NCBI GenBank assembly: GCA_001784725.1 | Contig: MFRX01000034.1 | Coordinates: forward strand, 657 to 44,570 | Direction of reading: 5' to 3' | DNA: 43,914 nt | Origin: Candidatus Moranbacteria bacterium RIFCSPHIGHO2_02_FULL_40_12b | GTDB taxonomy: Bacteria; Patescibacteriota; Minisyncoccia; Moranbacterales; 2-12-FULL-40-10 | Shown here: positions 32,991-41,043 of the stretch, one piece after another | How the letters are laid out: each line of letters begins with the position of its first letter | How positions within the stretch are numbered: the stretch's first letter is position 1 | Notes under the pieces: model-generated | What the model saw: the letters and a program-made list of their open reading frames with translations, nothing else | Databases searched by the model: none | Told to the model about the DNA's origin: nothing | Program-made: the position numbers and the translations under genes

Positions 32991-33022
32991 TAAGAGCTGA
33001 AAAATTCAGCTCTTATTTTTTT
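32991..33022 (+). terminator. Rho-independent terminator
   Basis: Stem taagagctgaa / ttcagctctta, 3-nt loop, then ttttttt. Confidence 0.8.
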
Positions 33023-33074
33023 CGACAAATACTGCTATTATACGAATAATAGCAGTATTTTACTTTTTTTGGGA

Positions 33075-34064
33075 TTAGTTTGATTGCAGGAAAATAAATG
33101 CTTTTTTATTGATTTCTTTGTGATTTTTCAGCCAAATAATTCTCCTATTTTTTCTGAACCAAGTTATCTGTCGCTTGGCATAGTCCTTTTCGGCGGAGTA
33201 AATTTTTTCAAACAATTCTTTTTTACCTGCCCTGTTGAATGTCCCGCCTTGGCGGGATCCCGCTTTGCGGAATTTAACAAGGTGAATCTTATTTTGCAAA
33301 TACAAGGGGATCCAAAAATATCCCAGTCCGAAACTTTGGATTTTTTCCCAGCCCAATTTGTATTTTTTACGCAAGTTTTCAACTTCTTGTATCATTCCTT
33401 GGCGAAATCTTTTTTTGAGTCGCCTTTTTATATTATTATGTAATTTTTCTTTTGGAATTTTTATTCCAATCTGCAGAAATTCATAATTCTTAATTCCTAA
33501 TTCATTATTCAACTCTGGTACTTTACCCAAAGTTTTTACGATTTCAATCGCCCTTATCAGCCGCACTTTATTATTTTTATCAATTGTTTTTGCCCTTTCC
33601 GGGTCAAGTTTCTGGAGAATTTTGAATAATTTGTCCGCGCCCAATGCTTCTAGCGCTTTTCTTAATTCTTTATCCGGCCTTACTTCAGGGAATGAAATAT
33701 TATCCACGATCGCCTTTATCCAAAATCCTGTTCCGCCGCAGATAATCGGCAGTTTCCCGCGCCGAAAAATATCCGCGATAATTTTGTCAGCTTCTTTTTT
33801 AAATTTTGAAACATTGTAATCGGTTTTCGGGTTGACTGTGTCGATCATATAGTGTGGGATGCCTTCTGAAATAAATAACCTTTGACCTTTGACCTTTGAC
33901 CATTGACCATTTATTTTTCCTGTTCCTACATTCATATCGCAGTAAATCTGGCGGGAATCGGCGGAAATAATTTCGCCGTTAAATTTTTTGGCAAGCCGAA
34001 TCGCCACCTCCGATTTTCCGGAAGCAGTAGGACCGAGTATTACAATAATTTTATTTCTCTGCAT
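33075..34064 (-). CDS. miaA: tRNA dimethylallyltransferase
   Basis: GPTASGKS P-loop, ISADSRQIY, GGTGFW. It contains an in-frame word-repeat insertion (see findings). Confidence 0.9.
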   Translation of the reverse strand: MQRNKIIVILGPTASGKSEVAIRLAKKFNGEIISADSRQIYCDMNVGTGKINGQWSKVKGQRLFISEGIPHYMIDTVNPKTDYNVSKFKKEADKIIADIFRRGKLPIICGGTGFWIKAIVDNISFPEVRPDKELRKALEALGADKLFKILQKLDPERAKTIDKNNKVRLIRAIEIVKTLGKVPELNNELGIKNYEFLQIGIKIPKEKLHNNIKRRLKKRFRQGMIQEVENLRKKYKLGWEKIQSFGLGYFWIPLYLQNKIHLVKFRKAGSRQGGTFNRAGKKELFEKIYSAEKDYAKRQITWFRKNRRIIWLKNHKEINKKAFIFLQSN

Positions 34065-34086
34065 AATTTTCCCCGCCTCGCGTCGA

Positions 34087-35538
34087 CTAGCGCTTCCGCG
34101 AGTCGAGGCGGGCCTCTAAATTCCATACATTCGCTTTAATTATATTAACTTTTACAAATTTTCCGACTAAATTATTTCTATCGGACAAAAACTTCACGTT
34201 CTTCATCGTCCTTGTTTTGCCGAAATAAATAATATTTTTCAAGGTTGAACCTTTTAGATTCGAAGGTTCAACCTTTAATTTTTCAACTAAAACTTCCAAA
34301 ATTTTACCGACATATTTCTTATTATTTTTGTAAGAAGTTTTTTTGAGAATTTCATTAAGATATTTTTCACGGCGGACTTTTTCCGCTTTGGAAATATTGT
34401 CTTTCATCTGCCACGCGGCGGTGCCGGGGCGGGGAGAGAACTGGCCGAAATAAACCATATCAAATTTTACCTTTTCCATAATTTTCGCCGAATCCAAAAA
34501 TTGTTTTTTTGACTCGCCGGGGAAACCGACGATAATATCGGAAGTGATGGCATACGGAACGCCGGGTTTATATTTTTTATAAGCAGCTTTTATTTTTTTA
34601 ACAATACTCAAATATCGCTTGGCAGTATATTTCCGGTTCATTCTTTTAATAATCTCGTCATTTCCCGCCTGAATGGGCAAATGGAATGACTCGCAGACCT
34701 TCTTGCATTTAGTTACCGTTTCAATCATTTCATCGGTTACATCCTTGGGATGGTTGGAAACAAAACTGATCCAAAAATGCCCGGGGATTGAATTAATTTT
34801 TTGAAGAAGCGCGGAAAAATTTATAGTTTTTCCCTCATCCGCCCTTCGGGCACCTTCTCCCTGTAAAGGAGAAGGGGATTTGTAGGAATTCACATTTTGT
34901 CCCAGCAAAATAATATGCTTAAATCCTTTTTTTGCCAAATTATTTGCTTCTTTTATTATTTCTTCCGCCGGTCTTGAAGTTTCCCGCCCGCGGGCGTAAG
35001 GCACAACGCAATAGGCGCAGAAATTATCGCAACCGGTCATAATGGGCACATAGGCGGAGAAGGTGTTGGTGTATTTAGGAATTAAGTTTAAATAATCATG
35101 CGAGTTCTCTCCCTTTGCAAAAGGGAGAGTTAGAGAGGGATTTTTATCTTCTGAATTTTTGTAAAAATCCCCCTTAAATCCCCCTTTTACAAAGGGGGAA
35201 AATTCAATTAACTTTCTAATTTTTTTTGGAAATTCTTTTATCTCGCAAAACAAATCTACTTTGTCTTTGAGTCGTCTCTGCACGTCTTTCCGATTCGCCA
35301 AGCATCCTGTTACAATAATTTTACGTTTTTCGTTTTGAGTTTTTCGTTTCAGGTTGTATATTTGCCCATACACCCGGTCTTCCGCCATTTGCCGCACCCC
35401 GCAGGTGTTAAACACTACTAAATCCGCCGCGTTTATATCCGAAGCCGGCCTAAAATTATTTTTTTCCAGCACAGCGGCAATTCGTTCGCTGTCCGAATGG
35501 TTCATTTGACAACCGAAGGTTTTAATGTAATATTTCAT
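34087..35538 (-). CDS. miaB: tRNA-i6A37 methylthiotransferase (radical SAM MTTase)
   Basis: TFGCQMN, NTCGVR, radical-SAM CDNFCAYC, and a C-terminal TRAM region. It carries three in-frame repeat-derived insertions. Confidence 0.9.
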   Translation of the reverse strand: MKYYIKTFGCQMNHSDSERIAAVLEKNNFRPASDINAADLVVFNTCGVRQMAEDRVYGQIYNLKRKTQNEKRKIIVTGCLANRKDVQRRLKDKVDLFCEIKEFPKKIRKLIEFSPFVKGGFKGDFYKNSEDKNPSLTLPFAKGENSHDYLNLIPKYTNTFSAYVPIMTGCDNFCAYCVVPYARGRETSRPAEEIIKEANNLAKKGFKHIILLGQNVNSYKSPSPLQGEGARRADEGKTINFSALLQKINSIPGHFWISFVSNHPKDVTDEMIETVTKCKKVCESFHLPIQAGNDEIIKRMNRKYTAKRYLSIVKKIKAAYKKYKPGVPYAITSDIIVGFPGESKKQFLDSAKIMEKVKFDMVYFGQFSPRPGTAAWQMKDNISKAEKVRREKYLNEILKKTSYKNNKKYVGKILEVLVEKLKVEPSNLKGSTLKNIIYFGKTRTMKNVKFLSDRNNLVGKFVKVNIIKANVWNLEARLDSRKR

Positions 35539-35606
35539 TAAAGTTTCTTAACAAAATAAGTATTCATTAGGATACTTAAAAAATAACACAAAATCAAGGA
35601 GCCAGA

Positions 35607-35837
35607 ATGATAAGATTTAAGGAATACATAGAAGGCATAGTAAGAGTTCACGGCGTGAATTCGGTTTTCAAAATATTTCAAGAGAAAAGTGAAGGCATAA
35701 TAGGAAAGGTTTTAAAAGCTGAAAGGGATGTCATAGTCGTGAGAAAATATGGCGGCAAAGATATTGAGCCAATCTCTTGCGATAAGATTGATGCTGTCGC
35801 GTATGTACCTTATGGAGAGGTTATTAAAATTAATTAA
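35607..35837 (+). CDS. Hypothetical protein, 76 aa
   Basis: SD aaggag is present and a hairpin follows at about 35845-35875. No motif was recognised. Confidence 0.45.
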   Translation: MIRFKEYIEGIVRVHGVNSVFKIFQEKSEGIIGKVLKAERDVIVVRKYGGKDIEPISCDKIDAVAYVPYGEVIKIN

Positions 35838-35882
35838 AAATAAAAAAGGAGCCGGCTGAATTGTCCGCTCCTTTTAAAATTT

Positions 35883-36146
35883 CTATTTCTTCTTTTGTAT
35901 CTTTAACCGAGGCGCTTTTTTCTTGATTGACTGCTTTTTGGCCGCGGCTCTTTCCGCCAGTTTCTTGAAGCGGTCAACTCTTCCGGTTGTATCAACCAGC
36001 TTCTTTTTGCCGGTGTAAAAGGGATGGCACTGGGAGCAGATTTCCACCTTTAAGTTTTTTTTCGTCGAGCCGGTGTGAAAAACCGCGCCGCAAGAGCAGG
36101 TAATGACAGCGTCGCTGTAATAAGCGGGATGGATGTCTTTTTTCAT
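35883..36146 (-). CDS. rpmE: 50S ribosomal protein L31
   Basis: MKKDIHP start, CSCG...[10 protein letters not shown] zinc motif. The start was moved to the second Met of the listed ORF. Confidence 0.9.
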   Translation of the reverse strand: MKKDIHPAYYSDAVITCSCGAVFHTGSTKKNLKVEICSQCHPFYTGKKKLVDTTGRVDRFKKLAERAAAKKQSIKKKAPRLKIQKKK

Positions 36147-36240
36147 AAAGTTATACAAATTTTAAATTTCGTAAAAATATGCGAAATTAATAATTCTTTA
36201 TTATTCAACACTTTTGATAATTTAGCACATATAAGTGAAA

Positions 36241-36268
36241 TTGACAAGGGTTTTGGCTATGCTATACT
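36241..36268 (+). promoter_or_regulatory. Promoter of rpsB-tsf
   Basis: TTGACA (36241-36246), 16-nt spacer, TATACT (36263-36268). This leaves a structured 5' UTR of about 120 nt. Confidence 0.55.
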
Positions 36269-36396
36269 AAAACTCGTATCAAACATGCCTTTTCGGAGGC
36301 CTTTCCTCTCCGCCGATAGCGGGGTATGGGCTAAATCGAAAACCGAAAGGCAGGTGTTTCCGCCAAGGCGGAAAAATAATAATTAAGGATAAAAAA

Positions 36397-37164
36397 ATGG
36401 AAGAAAAAAATATCGCGACTAAAGAAAAAGCCGGTTCGGAACCAGCCAAAAAAACTTCCAGCGAAGATTATTTCGCTGATTTTAATTTTGGGGAGCTGGA
36501 AGTGAGTATGGGACAGATGCTTAAAAATGGAGTCCATTTTGGGCATCAGAAGACCAGGAAAAATCCGAAAATGGAACCGTATATATTCACGACGAAAAAT
36601 GGGATCAACATCATTGATCTCGAGAAAACCGTTCGATGCCTCGAGGAAGCCGCCGGGTTCTTAAATAAAATAAAAAAAGAAGGAAAACAGATTCTTTTTG
36701 TCGGGACAAAAAAACAGATAAAGGAAATATTGAAGTCAGCGGCGATTCGCGGCCAAATGCCCTATGTGGCGGAAAGATGGCTGGGGGGAACTTTCACTAA
36801 CTTCAAAATTATCCGGGGGCGCACGAAATATCTTATCGACATGGAAAACGGCTTTGCCAGCGGAGAATTCAAAAAATATACCAAGTTCGAGCGGATGAAA
36901 AAAATGGAAGAAATGAAAAAGCTCGAAAAGAAGCTCGGCGGAATAAAAAATATGGCTGAAATTCCTGCCGCCGTCTTTGTTACCGATACCAACCAGGATA
37001 ATTTGGCTGTTAAAGAGGCGCGCCGGATGCATGTTCCCCTGGTCGCCATTGTGGACACCAATTCTGATCCGTCGGTGATTGACTATCCCATTCCCGGAAA
37101 TGATGACGCTATTTCTTCGGTTCGGCTTTTGACCTCGTATATTTGCAAGGCGATAGTTGAATAA
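36397..37164 (+). CDS. rpsB: 30S ribosomal protein S2
   Basis: GVHFGHQ, ERWLGGTFTN, VDTNSDP. It has an N-terminal extension of about 35 aa. Confidence 0.95.
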   Translation: MEEKNIATKEKAGSEPAKKTSSEDYFADFNFGELEVSMGQMLKNGVHFGHQKTRKNPKMEPYIFTTKNGINIIDLEKTVRCLEEAAGFLNKIKKEGKQILFVGTKKQIKEILKSAAIRGQMPYVAERWLGGTFTNFKIIRGRTKYLIDMENGFASGEFKKYTKFERMKKMEEMKKLEKKLGGIKNMAEIPAAVFVTDTNQDNLAVKEARRMHVPLVAIVDTNSDPSVIDYPIPGNDDAISSVRLLTSYICKAIVE

Positions 37165-37253
37165 TAAATAAGAATTATAATACGAATTAAACACGAATTG
37201 CGATACGAATATTCGCATATTAATTCGGATGTGATTCGGATATAAATTCTCAT

Positions 37254-37835
37254 ATGACATTGGATAAAATAAAAAAACTTAGAGAAAAAACAGGAGCTGG
37301 AGTAGTAGATGCCAAAAAAGCGCTGGAAGAAGCAGATGGCGATGAGGAAAAAGCCATTGAGATAATCAGAAAAAAAGGACAAGCCAAAGCGCTGAAAAAA
37401 TCAGACCGGGAAGCGAAAGAAGGAGTGATCTCATCTTATGTCCATTCTAATTTGAAAATCGGAGCGATGGTAAAGCTTTATTGCGAGACCGATTTTGTCG
37501 CCCGAAACAGCGAATTCCAGCAGTTAGCCAGGGACATTGCCATGCACATCGCGGCGATGGATCCGAAATTCATAAAACCCGGAGACGTTTCTTCGGAAAT
37601 TATAAAAAAAGAAAGAGAAATCTGGACTGAACAGCTGAAAAAAGAAGGGAAGCCGGAAAAAATGCTCCATAAAATTCTGGAGGGTAAGGAAAAAAAATTC
37701 AGGGAAGAGTCGGCATTGCTTACCCAACCATTCGTCAAAAATCCGGAGATAACCGTAGGAGAATTAATTGCCGAGAAAGTGGGAAAGATAGGAGAGAATA
37801 TCCAGGTGGGGGGATTTGTGAGGTATGAATTATAA
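37254..37835 (+). CDS. tsf: Elongation factor Ts (short form)
   Basis: KLREKTGAGVVDAKKAL UBA-like N-terminus and ETDFVARN. Confidence 0.9.
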   Translation: MTLDKIKKLREKTGAGVVDAKKALEEADGDEEKAIEIIRKKGQAKALKKSDREAKEGVISSYVHSNLKIGAMVKLYCETDFVARNSEFQQLARDIAMHIAAMDPKFIKPGDVSSEIIKKEREIWTEQLKKEGKPEKMLHKILEGKEKKFREESALLTQPFVKNPEITVGELIAEKVGKIGENIQVGGFVRYEL

Positions 37836-37972
37836 CTTTTACGAATTACCTGCCTACCGGCAGGCAGGCGAATTTTTACTAATATACGAATTGCAATTTT
37901 CTTAACATTAATTCCCGATTCAAGTTTTTCAAAAATTAGTATATTCGTACGGATTAGTAATTAGTAAACATT

Positions 37973-38746
37973 ATGAAGGTTTTAGTCAGTTTGTATAAAT
38001 GGGAAAATCCGCGCCTTTGTTCAAGTGAAAGCGAACTTTCTAAGGGAGATAAGATTGTCATCGAAGGCGAGTTCGGTCCGGATATCGGCACGGTTTTAAT
38101 ATCCGGCGTGGAAACCGCTGACAATCCGCAGCAAAATGTGTTAAGAAAAGCAACTCAGAGGGACATAGAGGCCTTTAAAAAAAATAACGCGAGGAAAAAT
38201 GAAATTGTCGAGACGGCGAGGAAAAAAGCCAAGACGCTTGGCCTGGAAATGAAGATTATTGACGCGCGTTCAACTCTGGACGGAGGAAATATGATTGTCG
38301 CGTTTACCGCCAACGAAAGGGTTGATTTTCGGGAATTGGTTAAAGCCATTTCAAAATTATTCCACCGATCAGTAAGGATGCAGCAAATTGGCTCCCGGGA
38401 TGAAGCCCGAAAACTAGGCGGATGCGGGATATGCGGAAGAGAACTTTGTTGCGTGAGGTTTTCAGGCAACCTCCCGAGCATTACTACGGAAATGGCGCGG
38501 GTTCAACAAATAGCGCACCGCGGATCGGAGCGGATATCCGGCCTTTGCGGGCGGCTGATGTGCTGCCTTTCCTTTGAATCCGAACAGTACAAGGAGCTTC
38601 TTTCCGGAATGCCGGAGCTCCATAGTTTTGTCAAGGTAAAAGAGGGAAAAGGAGAAGTGATGGAAATAAACGCCATTAAACAAGAAATAAAAATAAAAAC
38701 AGAAGACGACAAAATCCTAATAATTAAAAAAGAGAATTTACTCTGA
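37973..38746 (+). CDS. PSP1-domain protein (YaaT/RicT-like)
   Basis: GDKIVIEGEFG..IGTV and a C-terminal Cys cluster (CGICGRELCC...CGRLMCC). Confidence 0.8.
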   Translation: MKVLVSLYKWENPRLCSSESELSKGDKIVIEGEFGPDIGTVLISGVETADNPQQNVLRKATQRDIEAFKKNNARKNEIVETARKKAKTLGLEMKIIDARSTLDGGNMIVAFTANERVDFRELVKAISKLFHRSVRMQQIGSRDEARKLGGCGICGRELCCVRFSGNLPSITTEMARVQQIAHRGSERISGLCGRLMCCLSFESEQYKELLSGMPELHSFVKVKEGKGEVMEINAIKQEIKIKTEDDKILIIKKENLL

Positions 38747-39441
38747 TGATTTATTTAATAATTCCGCCAATTATAATAATTGTTTGTATGGCTTTATTGC
38801 TCTTTCTTTTTTCGCGGAAGTCGCCGCAACTTTACCGGATGAACGAGCAAAAAAAGGAAGAGGTTTTAATGCAGCCGCCGCCTGACAAAATAAGCAAAAT
38901 AAAGTCCATATTCTCCGAGATTTCCCTGAAGTTTCTTGAACATTGGTCGCAGAGAACGAAAGTCTGGTTTCTGAAACTTCACAATTTAGCCAACAGCGCC
39001 TTCCACAAAATAAGGGAAAAAAGAAAAAATGGGAAAGAAGAAAATAAAATAGCGGAAGAAACCAAAGAGGAAGCGGCGGAAGAAAAAAAAGATGAAGCAC
39101 TGGAAGAAACATTTGTCAGGAAAATTTCGGAACCTGAAAAGGCGGCCGAAGCAGGAATCCCTGAAGAAAAAATAAGCGAACCGATGGTCAGCAAAGAGGC
39201 GGTTCAGCCGGAAACCAGGCCTGATGAAAAAAATGAATACGAGCAAATTCTTATTGACCGGATTGCCGCCAATCCCAAGGATATCGAGGCCTATGAGCGG
39301 CTGGGAGATTATTATATTGAAAGAAAAAATTACGTCGATGCCAAGGAGTGTTTCAGCCAGGTTTTAAAGCTAAACCCCGGCTATCGGAGGGCGAAAATGA
39401 AGATGAGGCGGCTGGAGAAAATGCTGAAAGTGGAAAAATAA
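38746..39441 (+). CDS. Membrane-anchored TPR-repeat protein
   Basis: N-terminal TM helix, an E/K-rich linker, and a C-terminal TPR (AYERLGDYYIERKNYVDAKECFSQVLKLNP). Confidence 0.7.
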   Translation: MIYLIIPPIIIIVCMALLLFLFSRKSPQLYRMNEQKKEEVLMQPPPDKISKIKSIFSEISLKFLEHWSQRTKVWFLKLHNLANSAFHKIREKRKNGKEENKIAEETKEEAAEEKKDEALEETFVRKISEPEKAAEAGIPEEKISEPMVSKEAVQPETRPDEKNEYEQILIDRIAANPKDIEAYERLGDYYIERKNYVDAKECFSQVLKLNPGYRRAKMKMRRLEKMLKVEK

Positions 39442-39544
39442 TTTTTTTCTATGCCAGGGTAGCTCAACGGCAGACCTGCCCGCCATCGCCTAATTTCTAG
39501 ATAGTTCAGTGGCAGAACGCTTCCTCGCCTGCTTTCGCATTAAT

Positions 39545-39617
39545 GCCCGGGTAGCTCAGTCGGCAGAGCAACTCCATGGTAAGGAGTAGGCCACCGGTTC
39601 AAATCCGGTCTCGGGCT
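39545..39617 (+). tRNA. tRNA-Thr(GGU)
   Basis: Manual cloverleaf fold with anticodon loop ATGGTAA and T-arm ACCGG-TTCAAAT-CCGGT. 73 nt. Confidence 0.85.
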
Positions 39618-39706
39618 CAAGCATTAGCCGGAATGTGGCAGACTAGTCAAATGGATAATTTCTAGATACTGTTGCGTTTTTCTTTTGCTCCTTGTATAAT
39701 TAAAAT

Positions 39707-40318
39707 ATGGCTGCGATCAGCAAAAATTTAGTCAAAAAAGTCAGGGAGCTTTATTATGATAAACAATTTAGCGTTAACGATGTTGCAAATAAGCTGGGAG
39801 TTTCAATAGATGCTGTTTTTTACTGCATGAGAAAAAATGGTATAAAAAGAAGAAAGAAACACGAAAGCAATGCGATCAGATATGAAAGGCAGAAACCATC
39901 ATTTAAGTTAAAAAAAATAAACAGTGAAAAATTGAAGATACTAAAAGTTGTAGGAGTGATGCTTTATTGGGCAGAAGGATACAAAGTTGGCAAAAGATGC
40001 ATGGTGGACTTTGCCAACAGCGATAAGGACATGATATTGCTCTTTTTAAAATTTTTAAGAAGAGTCTGCGGAATAGATGAAAAAAAACTGAGAGTGTACT
40101 CCTATTTCTATTCCAATCAGGATATAAGCAAAAACATAAATTATTGGAGTAAATTGACCAGGGTTTCCAAAAAACAATTTTCAAAACCATATATCCGCGA
40201 TGGTTTTAAGGAAGAAAAAAGAGATAAGATGCCCTATGGATTGATTCATATAAGATATAATGATAAAAAATTGCTGAACTTGATATTAAGCTGGATAGGC
40301 GAATATAAAAATTATTAA
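39707..40318 (+). CDS. LAGLIDADG-like homing-endonuclease-related protein with N-terminal HTH
   Basis: MLYWAEGYK resembles a LAGLIDADG-type motif, and a helix-turn-helix-like N-terminus is present. The stop lies 1 nt before tRNA-Tyr. Assignment is by resemblance only. Confidence 0.45.
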   Translation: MAAISKNLVKKVRELYYDKQFSVNDVANKLGVSIDAVFYCMRKNGIKRRKKHESNAIRYERQKPSFKLKKINSEKLKILKVVGVMLYWAEGYKVGKRCMVDFANSDKDMILLFLKFLRRVCGIDEKKLRVYSYFYSNQDISKNINYWSKLTRVSKKQFSKPYIRDGFKEEKRDKMPYGLIHIRYNDKKLLNLILSWIGEYKNY

Positions 40319-40319
40319 T

Positions 40320-40404
40320 GGGTGTGTCGTATAGCGGCAATTACATGGGTCTGTAAAACCCACGCCTCCGGGCTACGCAGGTTCGAGTCCTGCCGCACCC
40401 ACCA
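40320..40404 (+). tRNA. tRNA-Tyr(GUA), long variable arm, CCA encoded
   Basis: Manual cloverleaf fold with acceptor GGGTGTG/CGCACCC and anticodon loop CTGTAAA. 85 nt. Confidence 0.9.
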
Positions 40405-40419
40405 AATTAATTATAAAAA

Positions 40420-40491
40420 GCCGGAGTAGCTCAATGGCAGAGCAACTGTTTTGTAAACAGTGGGCTGGGGGTTCAATTCCTCTCTCCGGCT
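40420..40491 (+). tRNA. tRNA-Thr(UGU)
   Basis: Manual cloverleaf fold with acceptor GCCGGAG/CTCCGGC and anticodon loop TTTGTAA. 72 nt. Confidence 0.85.
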
Positions 40492-40618
40492 CACGAGTAT
40501 ATAAATTCACTAATCAACGCGAATTTTATCTCAAATTGTCGCGAATACGTAAATTAGAGATTATTGGCGAATAAATTAGAGTTAATTTGCGATTTATAAC
40601 ATTATGGCTAGAGAAAAT

Positions 40619-40759
40619 TTGGCAAAACTAAAATGCTCCGAGTGCAAAAACATCACTTATTGGACGACCCGCAATAAGAAAAAAATCAAGGAAAAACTGG
40701 AACTGAAAAAGCACTGCAAATTCTGCCGCAAGCACACGGCGCATAAGGAAACAAAGTAA
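40619..40759 (+). CDS. rpmG: 50S ribosomal protein L33 (TTG start inferred)
   Basis: Not in the ORF track. It translates to (M)[45 protein letters not shown], with CxxC...CxxC and the L33 C-terminal signature. Confidence 0.8.
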   Translation: MAKLKCSECKNITYWTTRNKKKIKEKLELKKHCKFCRKHTAHKETK

Positions 40760-40846
40760 TTTTTCATTAAAGCATGAAAGCATAAAAACAAATATTGTTC
40801 TTTGTTCTTGTGTTTTTATGTTATGGTGTTTTAATGAATTATTTTT

Positions 40847-40925
40847 GGGAGTGTAGTTAAGTGGTATAACTCCGGTCTCCAACCCCGCCGCTCGCGAGCA
40901 GCGGGGCGATTCCCTCCACCCGCGC
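40847..40925 (+). pseudogene. tRNA-Trp-derived pseudo-tRNA (5' 36 nt identical to tRNA-Trp, core replaced by GC-rich hairpin)
   Basis: 40847-40882 is identical to 40959-40994. 40907-40919 (cgattccctccac) equals 41012-41024. The 17 nt in between are replaced by ccccgccgctcgcgagcagcgggg. The anticodon stem and acceptor stem cannot pair. Confidence 0.7.
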
Positions 40926-40958
40926 AAATTTACAATATTAAAAATAAAAAAATATTTT

Positions 40959-41029
40959 GGGAGTGTAGTTAAGTGGTATAACTCCGGTCTCCAAAACCGG
41001 TGTCGGGGGTCCGATTCCCTCCACTCCTG
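40959..41029 (+). tRNA. tRNA-Trp(CCA)
   Basis: Manual cloverleaf fold with anticodon arm CCGGT-CTCCAAA-ACCGG and T-arm GGGGG-TCCGATT-CCCTC. It has a G1:U72 pair and is 71 nt. Confidence 0.85.
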
Positions 41030-41043
41030 CTAGCTGTAAATTT

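Noticed and set aside
34087-35538. The repeat-encoded segments of MiaB as inteins or as evidence that miaB is a pseudogene
   Set aside because: The segments are far too short (12-33 aa) and lack intein splicing motifs. The frame is intact across all three, and all catalytic Cys motifs are preserved.
39452-39540. The two tRNA-like segments upstream of tRNA-Thr(GGU) as genuine or split tRNA genes
   Set aside because: Neither has a complementary acceptor 3' strand, a T-arm (GTTCRANYC) or a pairable anticodon stem on either strand. They are reported only as fragments.
40628-40927. Minus-strand ORF of 99 aa
   Set aside because: It is antisense to rpmG and runs through the pseudo-tRNA. It is an artefact of the stop-poor antisense strand there.
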